Shown piece after piece: positions 37,603-46,578 of a stretch of DNA of 64,000 nt. A program made the translations under genes and the position numbers. The notes under the pieces were generated by a model. It worked only from the letters and a program-made list of their open reading frames with translations. It had not been told where the DNA came from and made no database searches. Numbering within the stretch: position 1 is the stretch's first letter; each line of letters starts with the position of its first letter. This DNA is from a virus (taxonomy: Duplodnaviria; Caudoviricetes): IMG/VR virus record IMGVR_UViG_3300033066_001054; one strand, 5' to 3'.

Positions 37603-38325
37603 TTCATTGACGAACAGGACAGGGTTTGGGTTGGCGTCCACTTTGGCTCTCGTGGCCTTGGTCACGCAATTGCAACCGAGTACATTGACGTTGCAAAGTC
37701 GAAGGGGTATTTCCAAGATGGAATCAGCGTGTTGCATCACCAGTCTGATGCAGGCGAAGAGTACATCAAGGCAATGGACCTGGCAGGACGCTATGCTTAC
37801 GCAGGGCGCGACTGGGTTTGTGCAAAGGTTGCAAAAATCATTGGTGGAGACATCATTGACGAAGTGCATAACCATCACAACTTTGCTTGGCGCGAGACGC
37901 ACGGCGACGAGGATTTGTGGGTAGTCCGAAAGGGCGCAACTCCTGCATTCCCAGGTCAGCGTGGGTTCGTGGGTGGCTCAATGGGCGAGAATGCTGTGAT
38001 TATTGAGGGTATGGGTGGAGACCTCGCGGAACACACCTTGCACTCTACTGTTCACGGAGCAGGCCGCGTTATGAGCCGTACTCGAGCGAAGGGTAATGCG
38101 AAGAAGGGTATTCAGGGAGAAATTTCTGAACGAGCAATGCAGAAGTGGTTGAGCGAAGCTGGTGTCGTCCTTCGGGGCGGCGGAGTTGACGAGGCACCAC
38201 AGGCATACAAGCGTTTGACTGACGTTCTTGGTTATCACGGTGACAGCATTCGTGTTGTCCACACGTTGAAGCCAATTGGTGTTGCGATGGCTCCTTCTGG
38301 CACCAAAGACCCCTACAAGGACTAA
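37603..38325 (+). CDS. rtcB: RtcB RNA ligase, exon 2
   Basis: HFGSRG, HNHHN, VRKGAT, HGAGRVMSR, DEAPQAYK. Confidence 0.9.
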   Translation, partial: FIDEQDRVWVGVHFGSRGLGHAIATEYIDVAKSKGYFQDGISVLHHQSDAGEEYIKAMDLAGRYAYAGRDWVCAKVAKIIGGDIIDEVHNHHNFAWRETHGDEDLWVVRKGATPAFPGQRGFVGGSMGENAVIIEGMGGDLAEHTLHSTVHGAGRVMSRTRAKGNAKKGIQGEISERAMQKWLSEAGVVLRGGGVDEAPQAYKRLTDVLGYHGDSIRVVHTLKPIGVAMAPSGTKDPYKD

Positions 38326-38366
38326 GTCTTTATTTGGCATTCTGTATTTGTCTGTATAAAGACAGA

Positions 38367-38837
38367 ATGCCAATAGGACTGAAACACACAAAGGAAGCTA
38401 AAGACAAGATATCTGCGGCGGCAAAAAAGACGATGTCTCAACCAAATGCAGGGTTTAGACAACGTGTTAAATGTCAATTTTGTGACCAAGAAATGAGTCC
38501 GGCGAACATGGGCAAGCACGCCAATAGATGTCGAGACACACGTGGTATTGAACTCAACGGCCAACAGTTGACAGTAAGAGAGATTAAGCGATTGCGAACA
38601 CGACTTAAACCACTTGGGTGGACTGTTGAAGATTATGTCCGTGTGTATCGCGAACAGCAAGGTCGTTGTTTCTTGTGTAACTCAGAACCGCAGAGAAGTT
38701 TGTCAGCAGACCATTGTCATACAAGCGGTAAATCAAGAGCATTGTTGTGCGACCAATGTAATCTTGGATTGGGTTCGTTCAAAGACGACCCAAATTTGAT
38801 GATTAAAGCAGCAGAATATATTAAGAGCTTTATGTAG
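38367..38837 (+). CDS. endonuclease VII-family homing endonuclease with NUMOD3-like N-terminus
   Basis: HTKEAKDKIS; CFLC...DHCH...RALLCDQCNLGLG. Confidence 0.8.
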   Translation: MPIGLKHTKEAKDKISAAAKKTMSQPNAGFRQRVKCQFCDQEMSPANMGKHANRCRDTRGIELNGQQLTVREIKRLRTRLKPLGWTVEDYVRVYREQQGRCFLCNSEPQRSLSADHCHTSGKSRALLCDQCNLGLGSFKDDPNLMIKAAEYIKSFM

Positions 38838-38838
38838 A

Positions 38839-39090
38839 ATGAACTGTCCAAAGTGCAATGCAAATAATTGGGCCATGGGTCCAGAAGGCGGAGGAAGCCA
38901 AAACATCCTGTGTCGCAATTGTCACACTGAGTATTGTGAATCGGCATTTGGTCTTGAAGAAATGAAGTACGACATAGGTCGTATTCAACGACTGTATTGG
39001 ATATTTGAGCCGCCGGTATTCCAGGCAAACCAATCAAAATATTCAATCATTGATGACATGCTCAGCGAGATTGAACATGAAATGCCCTGA
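38839..39090 (+). CDS. small zinc-finger protein
   Basis: CPKC...CRNC; C-terminal SIIDDML. Confidence 0.65.
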   Translation: MNCPKCNANNWAMGPEGGGSQNILCRNCHTEYCESAFGLEEMKYDIGRIQRLYWIFEPPVFQANQSKYSIIDDMLSEIEHEMP

Positions 39091-39280
39091 GTGCGGTTCA
39101 AATAAATGGCACAAAGAACCAGAGCGCGGTGGATTTATTGACATCGCGTGTAAAGTGTGTGATTATCAATCATGTGAGCCCGAACACGTGTTCAGAAAGC
39201 GCAAATCAACCGGCATAATCAAAGTCCGCAGACCTAAGAAAATATCCATCATTGACACGATGCTTGATGGCGTGTTATAA
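39077..39280 (+). CDS. small zinc-finger protein
   Basis: MKCPECG...CKVC; C-terminal SIIDTML. Confidence 0.65.
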   Translation: MKCPECGSNKWHKEPERGGFIDIACKVCDYQSCEPEHVFRKRKSTGIIKVRRPKKISIIDTMLDGVL

Positions 39281-39287
39281 TCTGGTC

Positions 39288-39716
39288 ATGGAAAAGTTGC
39301 CTTTGTATGACGATGCGGTTTCGGTGTTCGTCAGAGAAAAAGAACCTGTAGTAAGCATTCACCCAAGGTGTGAAAGATTCTTGGTGTTTCAGGGTGTTGA
39401 AATCCCGGTTGTTGATGACATGATTGAAATGCTTGAGGAATTCGAAAATTGTGACGGTTACATGTCAAGGTTTGTTTTTAATGGCAACATGGGTGTCATC
39501 TTAGAGAACGCCGGCCTTGCAACACGCAGTTCGCGCGGGAGCTACAGTCCTACGCAATTGTTCAGAGATGTATATGACCAATTGATTGAAAAAACCACCG
39601 AGGTTCGCGGCATACGGTCGCAGTTGACCTGGAAGCCTACGGAATCCAATATTCAGGCATTACCAGAACCAATCAGGGAATACATCGAAGCACTGAGGTC
39701 ATCTCGCCAGGAGTAA
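39288..39716 (+). CDS. hypothetical protein
   Basis: TGT-TATAAT 6 nt upstream of ATG. Confidence 0.65.
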   Translation: MEKLPLYDDAVSVFVREKEPVVSIHPRCERFLVFQGVEIPVVDDMIEMLEEFENCDGYMSRFVFNGNMGVILENAGLATRSSRGSYSPTQLFRDVYDQLIEKTTEVRGIRSQLTWKPTESNIQALPEPIREYIEALRSSRQE

Positions 39717-40557
39717 ACTGAGACTCACATGCATCAACCAAGTTGGACATTAGTGTGGCAACCGTCATTGGTCCAACACCGCCAGGCACCGGAGTGATAT
39801 ATGAAGCCTTCGGTGACACTTCATTATAGTTGATGTCACCGATTGGTTTTCCATCAACGATTGCATATCCACAGTCGATTGCCACAACACCTGGCTTAAC
39901 GTCTTCACCGTTAATCAAATGTGGCACACCTGTTGCAGCCACAATGATGTCTGCGTTTCTGAGCAATTCAGAGCGGTTTTTGGTGTATCGGTGTGTCATA
40001 GTGACTGTTGCGTCACGCTCAATCAACATCAATGCCATCGGGCGACCAAGAATAATACTGCAGCCGGCGACAACGACATTGGCACCTCTGATGGGGATGT
40101 CGTATGCATCAAGTAGGCGAATGATGCCCAGCGGTGTGGCAGCCCTGTGTCCTTGCATTCTGCTGGCTAGTTTGCCGATGGACAATGGTGAAATCCCATC
40201 TACGTCTTTGTTTGCATCTACTGCGGCCAAGATGCGTGATTCGTCAATATGCTGTGGCAATGGGTGTTGCACCATAATGCCGTGTACGCCGTGGTTTTTA
40301 TTGAGCCCTTCGATGTGTTGCAGCAGGCTCTCTTCGGTGGTTTCGCTTGTGACTTCAAATCTGCTGCTAGTGGCGCCAATTTTCGTTGCCCATTTCTGTT
40401 TCATTTTAGCATAGGCTACACTAGGCGCATCCTGACTAGCAACCACAATTGAGATGTGTGGTGCGACTCCGATTGTCGCTACTCGTTGTTTGAGTTCTTC
40501 CATGGTTTCATCGGCCAATTTTCGACCGTCTAAAACCTTTGCTAAAGTCGATTCCAT
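39673..40557 (-). CDS. folD: methylenetetrahydrofolate dehydrogenase/cyclohydrolase
   Basis: VQHPLP, KDVDG, TPLG, ITPVPGGVGPMT. Confidence 0.95.
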   Translation of the reverse strand: MESTLAKVLDGRKLADETMEELKQRVATIGVAPHISIVVASQDAPSVAYAKMKQKWATKIGATSSRFEVTSETTEESLLQHIEGLNKNHGVHGIMVQHPLPQHIDESRILAAVDANKDVDGISPLSIGKLASRMQGHRAATPLGIIRLLDAYDIPIRGANVVVAGCSIILGRPMALMLIERDATVTMTHRYTKNRSELLRNADIIVAATGVPHLINGEDVKPGVVAIDCGYAIVDGKPIGDINYNEVSPKASYITPVPGGVGPMTVATLMSNLVDACESQFTPGEMTSVLRCIP

Positions 40558-40633
40558 GGGTTAAGTATACCAGATTTGTTTTTTGTGCGCAACCTTGCGC
40601 GAGACCGTCGAAATATGCGATAATAGAAACGAC

Positions 40634-41602
40634 ATGGCTAACGGCAACGACATCCGTATTTTTTGTGGCAATGCTCATCGTGGTCTGGCAGAAGAAGTCG
40701 CCTCTCATTTGGGTGTGAGGGTTGGCAAAATGACATGTAGTCGTTTCAGCGATGGTGAAATTCGAGTAACCATTGATGAATCGGCGCGAGGGAATGATGT
40801 GAATATCATTCAGCCAACATGTGCCCCCACCAATGACAACCTTATGGAGCTGTTAATTATCCTTGATGCTTTCCGCAGGGCATCAGTAGATGAGATTAAC
40901 GTTGTCATTCCATACTTTGGGTATGCGCGTCAGGATAAAAAGGTCAAGCCCCGAGAACCAATCACGTCTGCGCTTGTGGCGGATTTGATTCAGACTGCCG
41001 GCGCGACTCGAGTTATGGTTGTCGACATTCACGCCGAACAGATTCAAGGCTTCTTCCGAATTCCTGTTGACCACTTATATGCCGGTCCTGTGATTGTAGA
41101 TTATTACGAGCAGATTGGCTACGTGGAACGAGACGACATTGTTATCGTTTCACCGGACGTTTCTGGTGTTGCTCGTGCGCGAAATCTTGCAGAAGCTCTC
41201 CATGCCCCTATCGCCATTATTGCCAAGCGACGCCCAGATGCCAATGTTGTGGAAATCGTTGAGGTTATCGGTAATGTTGCAGGCAAGCACTGCATCATGA
41301 TTGATGACATGCTTGACACAGGTGGAACAATTTTGGCTGGTGCCGAGGCATTGATTAAGAATGGTGCAATCAGTGTTGAGGTTGCTGTGACGCACCCAGT
41401 TCTTAGCGGGAATGCATCACAAAGGCTACAAGAATCCGATGTCATTACACGAGTGACGTGTCTAGACACTGTACCAATTCCATTTGAGAAACGATTCGAC
41501 AAGCTCAATGTCTTGTCTGTCGCGCCTCTGATTGGTGCTGCCATTCAGCGATTGCACGATAACAAGTCCGTGAGTGAGTTGTTTAGCAAGTGGCGACAGT
41601 AG
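40634..41602 (+). CDS. prs: ribose-phosphate pyrophosphokinase
   Basis: FSDGE, PYFGYARQD, VSPD, DDMLDTGGT. Confidence 0.95.
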   Translation: MANGNDIRIFCGNAHRGLAEEVASHLGVRVGKMTCSRFSDGEIRVTIDESARGNDVNIIQPTCAPTNDNLMELLIILDAFRRASVDEINVVIPYFGYARQDKKVKPREPITSALVADLIQTAGATRVMVVDIHAEQIQGFFRIPVDHLYAGPVIVDYYEQIGYVERDDIVIVSPDVSGVARARNLAEALHAPIAIIAKRRPDANVVEIVEVIGNVAGKHCIMIDDMLDTGGTILAGAEALIKNGAISVEVAVTHPVLSGNASQRLQESDVITRVTCLDTVPIPFEKRFDKLNVLSVAPLIGAAIQRLHDNKSVSELFSKWRQ

Positions 41603-41633
41603 GTGTGTGGTCTTTGTTGGCTAAATCCATATT

Positions 41634-42410
41634 ATGGGAACTGCCAAGGTCGGCATACTTTATGTGCATGGAATAGGCACACAAGGTCATAACTTTGCAG
41701 ACAGAGATATAGCTCTGATGCAGAAGATGCTTGGAGAACATGCCGAGCATGTTGCTTTTTCATCTTATTGCTGGCAGTCGCTTATTGAGCCAAGAGAACG
41801 TGAATTGATGCAGAAAAACCAGCGTGTGGGCTGGAGGTTCTTACGAAGACTATTGGCATCTTATGGTGGAGATGCGCTCTGCTATCAGCCAAGACACGGA
41901 CTGGATTCGTTCTATAAAGAAGCACATCGTGGCCTAGACAATGCGCTGCTAATCCTTCATCACAAGATGGCCAAAGACGGCAAGCTGATTATTGTTGCGC
42001 ACAGTCTTGGAACAATCATTGTCAACAACTTCATTTGGGATTACCAGAATGAGGGTTCGGTCGGAGCCGCTGCATATGAACCCGCTGGTAGTGCGCTCGA
42101 TAGACTGAGCGTGCTTTATACTCTTGGTTCTCCACTTTCAGTTTGGTCGATGAGATTCCCAGATGGTGGTACACCAATCTCACTGCCTAGTGGCTGTCTC
42201 TGGAGAAACATCTATAGTCCAGCCGACATTATTGGTTGGCCAATTCGCACAATCAATTCTGCATACATGACATTGTCTGGTTTGCGCGATTTCAGAATGT
42301 GGGTGGGTGGTATTTTGACCAGGTGGAATCCGGGGTCGCACCTGGCCTATGCAAGAAGCAAGAAGGTAGTCAAAATGATTGCCGATGACGTAGTCCGTAT
42401 TATGGAATAA
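41634..42410 (+). CDS. alpha/beta hydrolase-fold protein
   Basis: VHGIG, AHSLG, TLGSP. Confidence 0.7.
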   Translation: MGTAKVGILYVHGIGTQGHNFADRDIALMQKMLGEHAEHVAFSSYCWQSLIEPRERELMQKNQRVGWRFLRRLLASYGGDALCYQPRHGLDSFYKEAHRGLDNALLILHHKMAKDGKLIIVAHSLGTIIVNNFIWDYQNEGSVGAAAYEPAGSALDRLSVLYTLGSPLSVWSMRFPDGGTPISLPSGCLWRNIYSPADIIGWPIRTINSAYMTLSGLRDFRMWVGGILTRWNPGSHLAYARSKKVVKMIADDVVRIME

Positions 42411-42915
42411 CGTCAATCTCAACAACTTTCATTGACGTGTATTTACCTTCGCAATGATACTCATACTCGTCTGACACAGGGATGTCGTTTTCTTCTGCCC
42501 AGTCTTCATACGTGAAACTGTCCATCAACTTTCCTGCCTCTGCTCGTGCTGTTTCAAAATCTGGATATGGGCCGCAGAAAAACTCACAATCACCATTTCT
42601 GGTGTACTCGTCGTTGTAGTAATCTGAGAACCCGGTGTTGACAAGAACCATGAATCGTTTTTCGGTTTTTGGCGAATCTACAAATTCATACTGATATTCT
42701 CCAGCGCCTGTTGGGAAATACTTGTCTGGTTTCAAGTTCCAGTCATCAGATGCAAACCACATGGTTTGGCTTTTGATGACTCGATTGCGGACAAGTTCAG
42801 ACATTGCTTCATCTGCTGGCTTGTCGGTGTGAACTGGCAACACTTGTGTGAATGACTCTGAAAGTGTTTTGCCTTGGTGTACGATGGTTTTTGTCGTGCG
42901 CGTGAGCGTAAGCAT
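42400..42915 (-). CDS. hypothetical protein
   Basis: TGG-TATCAT 6 nt upstream of ATG. Confidence 0.65.
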   Translation of the reverse strand: MLTLTRTTKTIVHQGKTLSESFTQVLPVHTDKPADEAMSELVRNRVIKSQTMWFASDDWNLKPDKYFPTGAGEYQYEFVDSPKTEKRFMVLVNTGFSDYYNDEYTRNGDCEFFCGPYPDFETARAEAGKLMDSFTYEDWAEENDIPVSDEYEYHCEGKYTSMKVVEIDVIP

Positions 42916-42955
42916 TTGATTATGATACCATGTTTTGTGGTATCATTTGGGCATG
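42913..42955. promoter_or_regulatory. divergent pair of extended -10 (TGG-TATCAT) leaderless promoters
   Basis: TGGTATCAT-N6-ATG on both strands (to 42915- and 42953+). Confidence 0.6.
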
Positions 42956-43636
42956 TTGAAAAACATCGTAGCGGTCAATGAAATGCTCCCAAGTTCGCTT
43001 CAGGGCGAGTATCGAGCATTTGTTTTTGCGCACGTTGGCCCGGACGGTTGTGTTTTGCACATATATGGCGGTCCTGAGCTTCAAAATGTAAATGAAAAGT
43101 ACTTAGAGGATTGCGTTTTCATTGGTGGCATGCATCGCCTCAACCCAGACAGGATGACAATTATCAAGTCTTTGGTTGCGATTCCTGTACGAGAAACGTC
43201 AACTCATGCCGGCATTGAGCTTGCACAAGAATGCATTTCTGAAAGTCCATCAAGGTCTACCGACTTTGGATTCAACGAACCAATCTTGTTTGAACACTCT
43301 GACAAATACCGCATCAATATTGCCGGTCGCAATCCCAATCCAGAATTCTTCCATAAGTGCCCGTCGTTTCAAGAGACAGACAACCAACATCATCCATTTT
43401 TGTTGTTTGAGATTGAGTCAAAACAGTCCGAAGTTCGTATCATACACAACCCACAACAATTACTTCAATATCCAAAGCACACTCAAGTGATGGTTCAGTG
43501 GCCTGGTAAATGGTCTAGTCACTTTTTTACGTTCAAAATCGGTGAATTGTTGGATTACATGTGCGACAATAATATAGACGTGTCAAAGCTGGGAACACCG
43601 GCATTTGCCGCTGGACAACAAGAATGGAATATCTAG
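42953..43636 (+). CDS. hypothetical protein
   Basis: Long ORF; QWPGKW. Confidence 0.65.
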   Translation: MLKNIVAVNEMLPSSLQGEYRAFVFAHVGPDGCVLHIYGGPELQNVNEKYLEDCVFIGGMHRLNPDRMTIIKSLVAIPVRETSTHAGIELAQECISESPSRSTDFGFNEPILFEHSDKYRINIAGRNPNPEFFHKCPSFQETDNQHHPFLLFEIESKQSEVRIIHNPQQLLQYPKHTQVMVQWPGKWSSHFFTFKIGELLDYMCDNNIDVSKLGTPAFAAGQQEWNI

Positions 43637-44025
43637 GTCATCATATTGTTCTCGACTTTCACGGCTGTAGCCCAACAGTACTTGCCGATTGTGAACTCAT
43701 GCGCAAAATCATGTCTGAGGCAGCAGTTCGCGCAGAGTGTCATGTAGTTGGTGAATTCTATCACGAATTCGAACCGCATGGCATCAGCGGATGCACGATT
43801 ATCAGCGAGTCGCACCTGACAATTCATGCGTGGCCAGAACACGGCTATGCTGCGGTCGATTTCTTCTATTGCGGCAATTCGGTTTTGGCAGATTTGGCCA
43901 TTGATTACATGAGCGAAATGTTTCAGTCTGGTCGCGTTGACAGGCACGAATTAGGGCGAGGCGCAGTCGACAAATCTGGAGTTTTTGGTTCGGTTTTAAT
44001 TGCCGGCGACGATTTTGACAAATGA
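43624..44025 (+). CDS. speD: S-adenosylmethionine decarboxylase proenzyme
   Basis: FEPHG, ISESHLTIHAWPE, DFFYCG. Confidence 0.9.
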   Translation: MEYLGHHIVLDFHGCSPTVLADCELMRKIMSEAAVRAECHVVGEFYHEFEPHGISGCTIISESHLTIHAWPEHGYAAVDFFYCGNSVLADLAIDYMSEMFQSGRVDRHELGRGAVDKSGVFGSVLIAGDDFDK

Positions 44026-44093
44026 CACCACGAGTCGCAAGAAATGTGGTATCATAATGATGCAAGGGCTTAAAAACCCTGGAGAAACAAACA

Positions 44094-44912
44094 ATGAATG
44101 TACATCTTCTGATTATTGACCCGCAGAACGACTTCTGCGACCCAACAACAGGCGCATTGTACGTTGGCGGTGCAGACCAGGACATGAATCGTCTGGCAGA
44201 TATGATTGACCGGCTAGGTTCTTCCATCTCTGACATTCACGTGACACTGGACTCGCATCATCTTAACGACATCGCCCATCCTAACTGGTGGAGAGACAGC
44301 GCAGGCAACCCTCCTTCCCCTTTCACCATCATCACAGCGGCGGATGTCGAGAACCAAGTTTGGACTACTACAGTCCCAGGACTCTACCGTCGCTCTCTCG
44401 AGTATGTTCGGTCTCTTGAATCGAACCAGCGATATCCTCTGTGCATTTGGCCTCCGCACTGCCTTATCGGCACCAATGGCGCGGCAATCTGGCCTCGACT
44501 CATGACCAGCCTTAACAAGTGGGCGGCATCAGAGAACAGCACTATTGACTTCGTCACAAAGGGTTCAAATGTGTTTACGGAGCACTACTCGGCTGTCAAG
44601 GCAGACGTTCCAGACCCGCTTGACCCCACAACTCAAATCAACACTCGCCTGATTGACGTTCTGCAGAGCGCAGACATGATTGCCATTGCCGGCGAAGCAT
44701 CTTCTCACTGTGTTGCTAACACTGTTCGAGACATTGCTGACGCTTTTGGCAACGACAGTTACGTCAAGAAGCTGGTGTTCATTTCCGACGCATCAAGTCC
44801 CGTTACTGGCTTTGAGCAGTACAGCGATTCGTTCATCAATGAGATGACCGCACGCGGAATGCAGATGAGCACAACGGCAGACTTTCTGGTTCGCCAGATG
44901 GCCACGGTTTAA
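44094..44912 (+). CDS. nicotinamidase/isochorismatase family cysteine hydrolase (PncA-like)
   Basis: IIDPQNDF, TLDSH, WPPHC, KG, GEASSHCV. Confidence 0.85.
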   Translation: MNVHLLIIDPQNDFCDPTTGALYVGGADQDMNRLADMIDRLGSSISDIHVTLDSHHLNDIAHPNWWRDSAGNPPSPFTIITAADVENQVWTTTVPGLYRRSLEYVRSLESNQRYPLCIWPPHCLIGTNGAAIWPRLMTSLNKWAASENSTIDFVTKGSNVFTEHYSAVKADVPDPLDPTTQINTRLIDVLQSADMIAIAGEASSHCVANTVRDIADAFGNDSYVKKLVFISDASSPVTGFEQYSDSFINEMTARGMQMSTTADFLVRQMATV

Positions 44913-44921
44913 GGAGAAACA

Positions 44922-45665
44922 ATGCCAAAAATCTTTGACCCTACTCTCGAAAACCACACCTTGGCCACCAGTCATTATGGATTTTCGGCTGAGAGCATCA
45001 ACAACCTTGGTGCAACCGAGTACACGCTTGTCACAGTTGCCGCTGATACCAGCAGCAGCGTTCATGGATTCGCAAATGAAATCGAGGAATGTCTCAAGAA
45101 CATTCTCCGCGCATGTCGCTACAGTCCGCGAGCTGATAACCTGATGGTTCGCGTTGTTGAATTCAACGACCAAATCAACGAACTTCACGGCTATACTCTT
45201 CTTGAGAAGCTGAAGGAAGACGATTACAATGGAGCGATTCGTCCCAGAGGCAGCACCGCACTGTACGACGCTTCATACAACGCCATTGAGGCCGCGAGTA
45301 CTTACGGAAAGCACCTTAATGACATGGACTACACTGTGAATGCTATTGTTGTTGTGCTGACAGATGGCGAAGAGAACGCCAGTTCTATTCGCTCGGCGCA
45401 GATGATTGCTGACCAGGTATCCAACATCACTCGCACAGAGACCCTTGAGTCCGTAAGGACTATTCTTGTTGGTCTCAACGCCTCGTCTCAACTGAACTCG
45501 TATCTGACCGACTTCAAGGATAACGCGAAGTTTGACCAGTACGTTTCGGTTCAGGATGCCAGCCCGAAGAGCATTGCCAAAGTCGCAGACTTTATCTCGC
45601 GCAGTATTTCTGCTCAGAGCCAGAGCCTCGGCACTGGTGGGCCTTCTGTGCCGTTGACATTCTAA
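44922..45665 (+). CDS. vWA domain protein (TerY-like)
   Basis: DTSSS MIDAS, GSTALYD, LTDGEEN. Confidence 0.8.
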   Translation: MPKIFDPTLENHTLATSHYGFSAESINNLGATEYTLVTVAADTSSSVHGFANEIEECLKNILRACRYSPRADNLMVRVVEFNDQINELHGYTLLEKLKEDDYNGAIRPRGSTALYDASYNAIEAASTYGKHLNDMDYTVNAIVVVLTDGEENASSIRSAQMIADQVSNITRTETLESVRTILVGLNASSQLNSYLTDFKDNAKFDQYVSVQDASPKSIAKVADFISRSISAQSQSLGTGGPSVPLTF

Positions 45666-45711
45666 CGACTAGAGCGTGCCGGCTGGAACCGGCACGCTCA
45701 TACAAACGCTA

Positions 45712-46578
45712 ATGCCAGCAGATTCTTACTACACCAAAGGTTGGACTCACACAGTTTGCCAGGATTATGCAATCCATGGTTCTCTGGTGACATTGTCTGA
45801 CAACGAAAAGACGCGAATGGACTATGGTCTAGTGTCTGATGGTTGTTCATCGAGCGATGACACAGATATTGGTTCGCGATTGATTTTGCGTTCTGCATAT
45901 TGTCATTCTGGTTGCATGCAAAACATATTGCGTTGCGTGGATGCCGAAGGCGGCAACTACATGGGTAACGCCAATGGTTTGTGGACTGATTTTGCTCACA
46001 AAGTTGCTATGTACGCCGGTAAATGGGTTAGTGAAATGGAGCTAGACCAAACCGCGTTAGATGCCACGCTACTGGGCGCATTTGCAGACAATAAATGGGC
46101 ATGTACAGCCAGTTACGGCGACGGTTCTCATATTGTTTGTCGAAGAGTTGGAACAGAGCGAGTCATTGAAATCGAACACATTGATTTCTTGGCCAATGCG
46201 CCACCCTATCCTGTGTATTTGACAGACAATGAATTGCAAAGCGCATTTGCCAATTACAGTGGAAACACGAAGCGCGTTATGCGTTGGACATCCAAGGGCG
46301 AGTTCGAAGAGAGACTTGGTGGTGAACCAAGTCATGTTCTCGTGTATCCCGCCGAAGAAGTTGAGTTTGTCGCAGTGGTTTCAGATGGTGTTTCGTCATT
46401 TGGCGATATTGGATGCTTTGAAGTAATTCAGGCATTCACGGCATTCAGAAACTATGCTGGCGAATTCGTCAAAAGGCGAATGATGCGAGCTCTTGACGAA
46501 TATCAAAAGAGCCAGCATGTCCCATCGGACGATGTTTCGATGGCTGTTGTTTACGCACGATACGGTCATGCAATATAA
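45712..46578 (+). CDS. PP2C-like protein phosphatase
   Basis: CQD, VSDGCSS, GDG, VSDG, DD. Confidence 0.8.
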   Translation: MPADSYYTKGWTHTVCQDYAIHGSLVTLSDNEKTRMDYGLVSDGCSSSDDTDIGSRLILRSAYCHSGCMQNILRCVDAEGGNYMGNANGLWTDFAHKVAMYAGKWVSEMELDQTALDATLLGAFADNKWACTASYGDGSHIVCRRVGTERVIEIEHIDFLANAPPYPVYLTDNELQSAFANYSGNTKRVMRWTSKGEFEERLGGEPSHVLVYPAEEVEFVAVVSDGVSSFGDIGCFEVIQAFTAFRNYAGEFVKRRMMRALDEYQKSQHVPSDDVSMAVVYARYGHAI

